Positions 59,965 to 64,000 of a DNA stretch of 64,000 nt are shown piece after piece. Position 1 is the stretch's first letter, and every line of letters starts with the position of its first letter. The notes beneath the pieces were generated by a model, which was not told where the DNA came from, did no database searches, and was given only the letters and a program-made list of their open reading frames with translations. The stretch is from contig JAQWMJ010000040.1 in NCBI GenBank assembly GCA_029246845.1, positions 46,094-110,093 on the forward strand, written 5' to 3'. This DNA comes from Thermodesulfobacteriota bacterium. Lineage in GTDB: Bacteria > Desulfobacterota_D > UBA1144. The position numbers and the translations under genes were made by a program.

Positions 59965-61139
59965 CAAATAATAAATTTAATATTAATGAAATCAAACTAA
60001 CAGTGCCTGAATATTCAAAGAATAAACATAATCTCTCATCAGCTAAAACTATCGATGAAATCAACGAACTTGAGCTTATCAAAGAAATTAAAGAAATTAG
60101 TAAAACTAAGAAATTCTTTAATAAAAGAAATTTTCATAATAAGAATCTGGTTTTTTTTGGCATGGGAGGATCAAGCCTTGGAATAAAAACTATAATTCAA
60201 ACCTTATCTAAAGAAGACGATTTCAAGAAGAAAGTCTTTTTATTAGATAATCTTGATGGTGAGGACTTTGAAAGAATTTTTGATAAGATAAATATTAAAT
60301 CAACCAACTTTGTTTTTATCAGCAAGTCTGGAAGTACTTTTGAAATAAAGAAATTATTAAAAGAGACCATCAAAAAGCTTGCTTCCAAAAGTATCAAAAT
60401 TAATTCATCTATATATTTTATTACAGAGAATAACAATGGTTATTTAAATAAGTTTGGTAAGAAAGAAAATATTCCTACTTTCTATATAAATCCACATATT
60501 GGTGGTAGATTTTCTGTCTTAAGTAAATGCTCACTTATTCCTTGCCAAATGATGGATATTGATTGGAAAAAGATTATCATGGGGGCTCTAAGCTCTTACG
60601 AGATAATTCTAAAAAGTAAATTTATTGCAATTAATTCCTTAGCTAATTTCTATTATAAGAACCTCAATAAAGGTAAGACTAATACTGGCATTATGTCATA
60701 CAAAAATAATATGGAATATTTTGGTGAATGGTTTATGCAGTTATGGGGTGAAAGCTTAGGTAAAATTTCTGAAGATGGGGTATCAACTGGACTTACACCA
60801 ATGAGATATTTAGGTCCTAAAGATCAGCATTCTCAAATGCAGCTTATACTTGATGGGCCTAAGGACAAGACTTTAACAGTTTTATCGATTAAAAATAATA
60901 AGAAAGGAAATTCTGAACTCAACAAGTCAGCACTAAAGGAAAAAAACGCAACTGTTAAAGCATTAAATATAAAAAAGATTCCTTGTCTCGAAGTAGAGAT
61001 TAATAGGCTAAACGAAGAGAGTCTTGGTTCGTTATTGATTGTTTTTCAGCTAACAACTATAATTCTTGCTAAAAAAATGAAGGTTAATCCATTTAATCAA
61101 CCTGCAGTAGAGCTAATTAAAAAAAATCTAACTTTTTAA
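59958..61139 (+). CDS. pgi: Glucose-6-phosphate isomerase (compact form)
   Basis: GMGGSSLG, SKSGST.E, GGRFSVLS, QLWGESLGK, GP.DQHSQ.QL, NPFNQPAVE..K. Confidence 0.9.
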   Translation: MVTNNKFNINEIKLTVPEYSKNKHNLSSAKTIDEINELELIKEIKEISKTKKFFNKRNFHNKNLVFFGMGGSSLGIKTIIQTLSKEDDFKKKVFLLDNLDGEDFERIFDKINIKSTNFVFISKSGSTFEIKKLLKETIKKLASKSIKINSSIYFITENNNGYLNKFGKKENIPTFYINPHIGGRFSVLSKCSLIPCQMMDIDWKKIIMGALSSYEIILKSKFIAINSLANFYYKNLNKGKTNTGIMSYKNNMEYFGEWFMQLWGESLGKISEDGVSTGLTPMRYLGPKDQHSQMQLILDGPKDKTLTVLSIKNNKKGNSELNKSALKEKNATVKALNIKKIPCLEVEINRLNEESLGSLLIVFQLTTIILAKKMKVNPFNQPAVELIKKNLTF

Positions 61140-61552
61140 AAGAACTTCTTATCTAGAGAGTATCTTCCGCCCCCAACAAATAACAGTGAATATGCTAATC
61201 CTACAAGACACAATTGGTATCCATAGGTGTCATAGGTAGGAAAATATCCATTATCCAGATGTGCAACCCATATTCCTACACACATAACAATTATAATTCC
61301 TAAAGCTGCCAATCTAGTTAATAAGCCTAGAGCTATGGCAATTCCTCCAAAAAATTCTACAAACACTGCCACTGCTGTTGCCCACATCGGAAACCCAAAA
61401 TTTACACTCCATGAAAGAGCTTTTTGCTCGAAATCTGAAATCTTATACCAGCCAGCAGGGATGAAGGTCAAAGCAAGAATAAGCCTTGGTAACAAAGATG
61501 CCCAAGATGAAGAAGTACTCAAAATCCACATTAAAAAAATTATAACCAACAA
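61136..61552 (-). CDS. DoxX family membrane protein
   Basis: R......F...G..K, E..GG.....GL.TR.AA, G.G.YSLD. Confidence 0.9.
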   Translation of the reverse strand: MLVIIFLMWILSTSSSWASLLPRLILALTFIPAGWYKISDFEQKALSWSVNFGFPMWATAVAVFVEFFGGIAIALGLLTRLAALGIIIVMCVGIWVAHLDNGYFPTYDTYGYQLCLVGLAYSLLFVGGGRYSLDKKFF

Positions 61553-61589
61553 GTGTCATTTATCAATTTACATTGTGTAGACTAGTGTC

Positions 61590-62471
61590 ATGGAGCTGTG
61601 GATAAAAGTCTTTGAAGTTATACTTCCAGTAATTATTGTTATTCTTACTGGCTTTGCTTTTGGTAAGGTGACAAATGTAAACCTAAAGCCCATAAATCTC
61701 TTGCTTTTATATATATCAACTCCATGTCTAATATTTTCCTCTCTAATTGATGGAAAAATTACAATGGAAGCTGCCTACCAAATACTAATAGCGGGCTCAT
61801 TGATGATATTTATTGGAATGGGAATTTTTTCAATAATATTAAAAGTTTTAAAAAAAGATATAGTTACCTTTTTAAACCCTTTGGTCTTTCCAAACACAGC
61901 AAATATGGCTCTTCCAATAGCTCTATATGCTTTTGGAAACGAAGCATTTGAATACGCGATAATCTTCACAACAATTGTATTCTTTTATCATTGTTCTGTT
62001 GGCATATTTATACTAAATGGGCCAAAAAAGATTATTGAAGTATTTAAGACTCCCTTAATCTACGCAGTTACATTAGCTCTGCTTCTTAATAATTTAGATA
62101 TAAAGGTTAACGTTGGTCTTAATAATGCTATAAATCTTCTAGGTACTACCAGTATTCCATTAATGATGTTTAGCCTTGGGCATAAGCTTTCTGAAACTAT
62201 AATAGTCAACCTTAACGAAAACCTACTTCTGGGATCCCTTCGATTATTTTTAGGTTCAATACTTGGATTTGGAATCTGTAAAATCTTAGGGGTTCAAGGT
62301 CTTATAGCAAAGGTTATGATTCTTCAATTTTCTATGCCTTCAGCAGTTTTTAATTTTATACTATCTGACAGATACAATAAATCACCAGAGAAAGTGGCTT
62401 CCTTAGTTTTTGTTTCTACGGTTTTGTCTATTTTATTTATTCCAATTATTTTATATCTTTTAATGAAGTAA
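61590..62471 (+). CDS. AEC (auxin efflux carrier) family transporter
   Basis: PCLIFS, FPNT.NM.LP, P.IYA, IPLM.FSLG, MPSAV. Confidence 0.9.
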   Translation: MELWIKVFEVILPVIIVILTGFAFGKVTNVNLKPINLLLLYISTPCLIFSSLIDGKITMEAAYQILIAGSLMIFIGMGIFSIILKVLKKDIVTFLNPLVFPNTANMALPIALYAFGNEAFEYAIIFTTIVFFYHCSVGIFILNGPKKIIEVFKTPLIYAVTLALLLNNLDIKVNVGLNNAINLLGTTSIPLMMFSLGHKLSETIIVNLNENLLLGSLRLFLGSILGFGICKILGVQGLIAKVMILQFSMPSAVFNFILSDRYNKSPEKVASLVFVSTVLSILFIPIILYLLMK

Positions 62472-63390
62472 GATGTTTTTTTATCTCAAAATCTAACTCA
62501 GTTTTAAATCCATTCTTTAGAAGAATCTTATTAGATTCCCATATATTAAGGGACTTGTGGACCAGCCTAGCAGATAACGATATATCTTTAAAGATAACCT
62601 TAGTCTTAAGATAAACTGTAATTTGAGAGAAAGGATGAACATCAATCTCTATCCTCCCACGTCTAATCTTGGATGGGCCATAAGTTCCACTAAAGGCCAA
62701 AGTAGGTATGCGACTTGCATCAGTTTCAATTTTTGCAATAAGTTTTTTCATGATTTTTTGCGAATCAGTGTTGATTCCAATCATTCCAATGAGGCCTTTC
62801 TTTTTTGAAATTATGGATAGAGAGCTATTTAGCTCATAAGGTAATAATTCCCCATCGCTTCCATAACCTAGAACAGCAATTTTTGTATCCACTGATGTTT
62901 CGACTTTCTTTAAAGCTGACAACATTATAGAGTCAGCTAAAGGACTTGATAGACCCGGCTCGTCTCCTTTAGCTATGACGTCTCCTCCAACATCAATACC
63001 AACAATCAGATCGATTTTATTTTTTTTACAAAATTCTTTAAAATCTTTAGCAATTTTAGTAGAACTGTTAAAAATGTTAACTAATAAAATTTTTTCTTTT
63101 AATACTTTTGAGGCTTTTGATTCACTAAAGAATAGCCCATCTTGAGTTTTAGTTTTTTCCGTTGCCCAACACAAGCTATCATTAATATTAACAACATTAA
63201 CTATTTGGTCAAAAGGTCGGGGACCAGGAAATGGATCAATTGAATATCTTTCCCATGGTATCCCACCCAGAACACATTTAATTCCAAAAGACTCTAAGTG
63301 GAGCTTGGTTGGAATTGCTCCAATAACATCAGCTCCCCCGCCTATTCCAACAAGCAAAGCCTTCTTATATTTTGAAAAAGATTTCAGCAT
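62446..63390 (-). CDS. DUF1152-like protein of unknown function
   Basis: GIGGG.DV, G.PWER...DP.PGP, GIDVGGD..A.G.E..L.SPLAD, G.G.DGEL. Confidence 0.75.
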   Translation of the reverse strand: MLKSFSKYKKALLVGIGGGADVIGAIPTKLHLESFGIKCVLGGIPWERYSIDPFPGPRPFDQIVNVVNINDSLCWATEKTKTQDGLFFSESKASKVLKEKILLVNIFNSSTKIAKDFKEFCKKNKIDLIVGIDVGGDVIAKGDEPGLSSPLADSIMLSALKKVETSVDTKIAVLGYGSDGELLPYELNSSLSIISKKKGLIGMIGINTDSQKIMKKLIAKIETDASRIPTLAFSGTYGPSKIRRGRIEIDVHPFSQITVYLKTKVIFKDISLSARLVHKSLNIWESNKILLKNGFKTELDFEIKKHLTSLKDIK

Positions 63391-63426
63391 AGGATTTATT
63401 AGGTATTATAACGTAACGAGATAAAA

Positions 63427-64000
63427 ATGGATAAAATTGAAATTAAAAGTTCTGACTATTTTTTCAAAGGGAACATGCAAGTTCCTGCAGATAAATCTAT
63501 TGCTCATAGGGCGCTGTTTATAGCTTCTCTCAATAAAGACATGACAAAGATATCTAATCTTGCTATGTCTGAGGATGTAAGAACCATAGCTAGTGATCTG
63601 CAGACAACTATAAAATGTCTTGCTGATATAGGTGTACAGTTTGCGGAAGTTAAAGGAAATATTTTTGTTCGTGGAAGAGGCGCTAAGGAATTTGTTGCAT
63701 CAGAAGGGATATTAGATTGTGGTAACTCTGGAACAACAGCAAGACTTATGATGGGTCTTTTAAGCGGTCAAAGCTTTGAATCCAGATTAGATGGTGATGA
63801 TTCTTTAAGAAAACGTCCAATGGGCAGAGTAATCGAGCCACTTCAGAAAATGGGGGCATCAATATTGTCTACCGAAGGTAATTTGCCACTAGCGATTTCT
63901 CCTTCTCAGCTGAAGGGGTTAAAGTTCAATTTAGAATTAGGTTCTGCTCAAGTCAAAACTGCACTTATTTTTGCTGCCTTATGCGCTGAGGGTGAGACAA
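63427..64000 (+). CDS. aroA: 3-phosphoshikimate 1-carboxyvinyltransferase (runs off the window)
   Basis: Read by hand: MDKIEIK...VPADKSIAHRA...LDCGNSGTTARL...GDDSLRKRPMGRVIEPL..MGA...SAQVK. Confidence 0.95.
   Translation, partial: MDKIEIKSSDYFFKGNMQVPADKSIAHRALFIASLNKDMTKISNLAMSEDVRTIASDLQTTIKCLADIGVQFAEVKGNIFVRGRGAKEFVASEGILDCGNSGTTARLMMGLLSGQSFESRLDGDDSLRKRPMGRVIEPLQKMGASILSTEGNLPLAISPSQLKGLKFNLELGSAQVKTALIFAALCAEGET

Noticed and set aside
181..62808. Numerous 60-130 aa ORFs antisense to or nested in real genes (e.g. 181-513, 8054-8356, 30025-30372, 36133-36528)
   Set aside because: Shadow ORFs of well-supported genes, with no motifs or initiation signals
1..64000. CRISPR arrays, IS elements, integrases, prophage or long tandem repeats
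   Set aside because: None seen by eye; intergenic spaces are too short, and the tRNA-Gln 3' end is not followed by an integrase or visible att duplication

Overview
AT-rich, very gene-dense bacterial chromosome segment from what looks like a streamlined diderm. Evidence for this is a TonB-dependent receptor, an Slt transglycosylase and a deltaproteobacteria-style hemL-atpZ-atpI-atpB-atpE order. A marine Dadabacteria/Desulfobacterota-like origin is my inference and is not verified. Most genes are housekeeping: pyrE, nrdAB, argH/argC, hisBH, thiL, gltX, coaE, propionyl-CoA carboxylase and methylmalonyl-CoA mutase, ispE-tRNA-Gln, Fo ATPase genes, cca, thyX, queCEF, fbp/fbaB/pgk/gap/pgi, cysE, fabH and aroA. 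There is also an F420 biosynthesis operon (cofDEGH) and a cobalamin-riboswitch-controlled btuB-btuF locus. I saw no mobile elements, CRISPR arrays or prophage. The highlights are: (1) NrdB has the Chlamydia-type class Ic (Mn/Fe, tyrosyl-radical-free) signature, and nrdA is preceded by tandem NrdR boxes and an unexplained structured leader that could fold two ways. (2) A queC-queE-sirtuin-like-thyX operon in which QueC has lost all four Zn cysteines and the sirtuin has lost its catalytic residues, facing a degenerate acyl-CoA-synthetase-like gene. (3) Many genes have a -10 hexamer 6-7 nt before the ATG and no Shine-Dalgarno, suggesting leaderless mRNAs, and two genes apparently start at ATA. 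(4) An archaeal-style split F420 pathway with an LLM oxidoreductase and an orphan nitroreductase-like protein. All functional calls come from motif recognition only; no searches were run.
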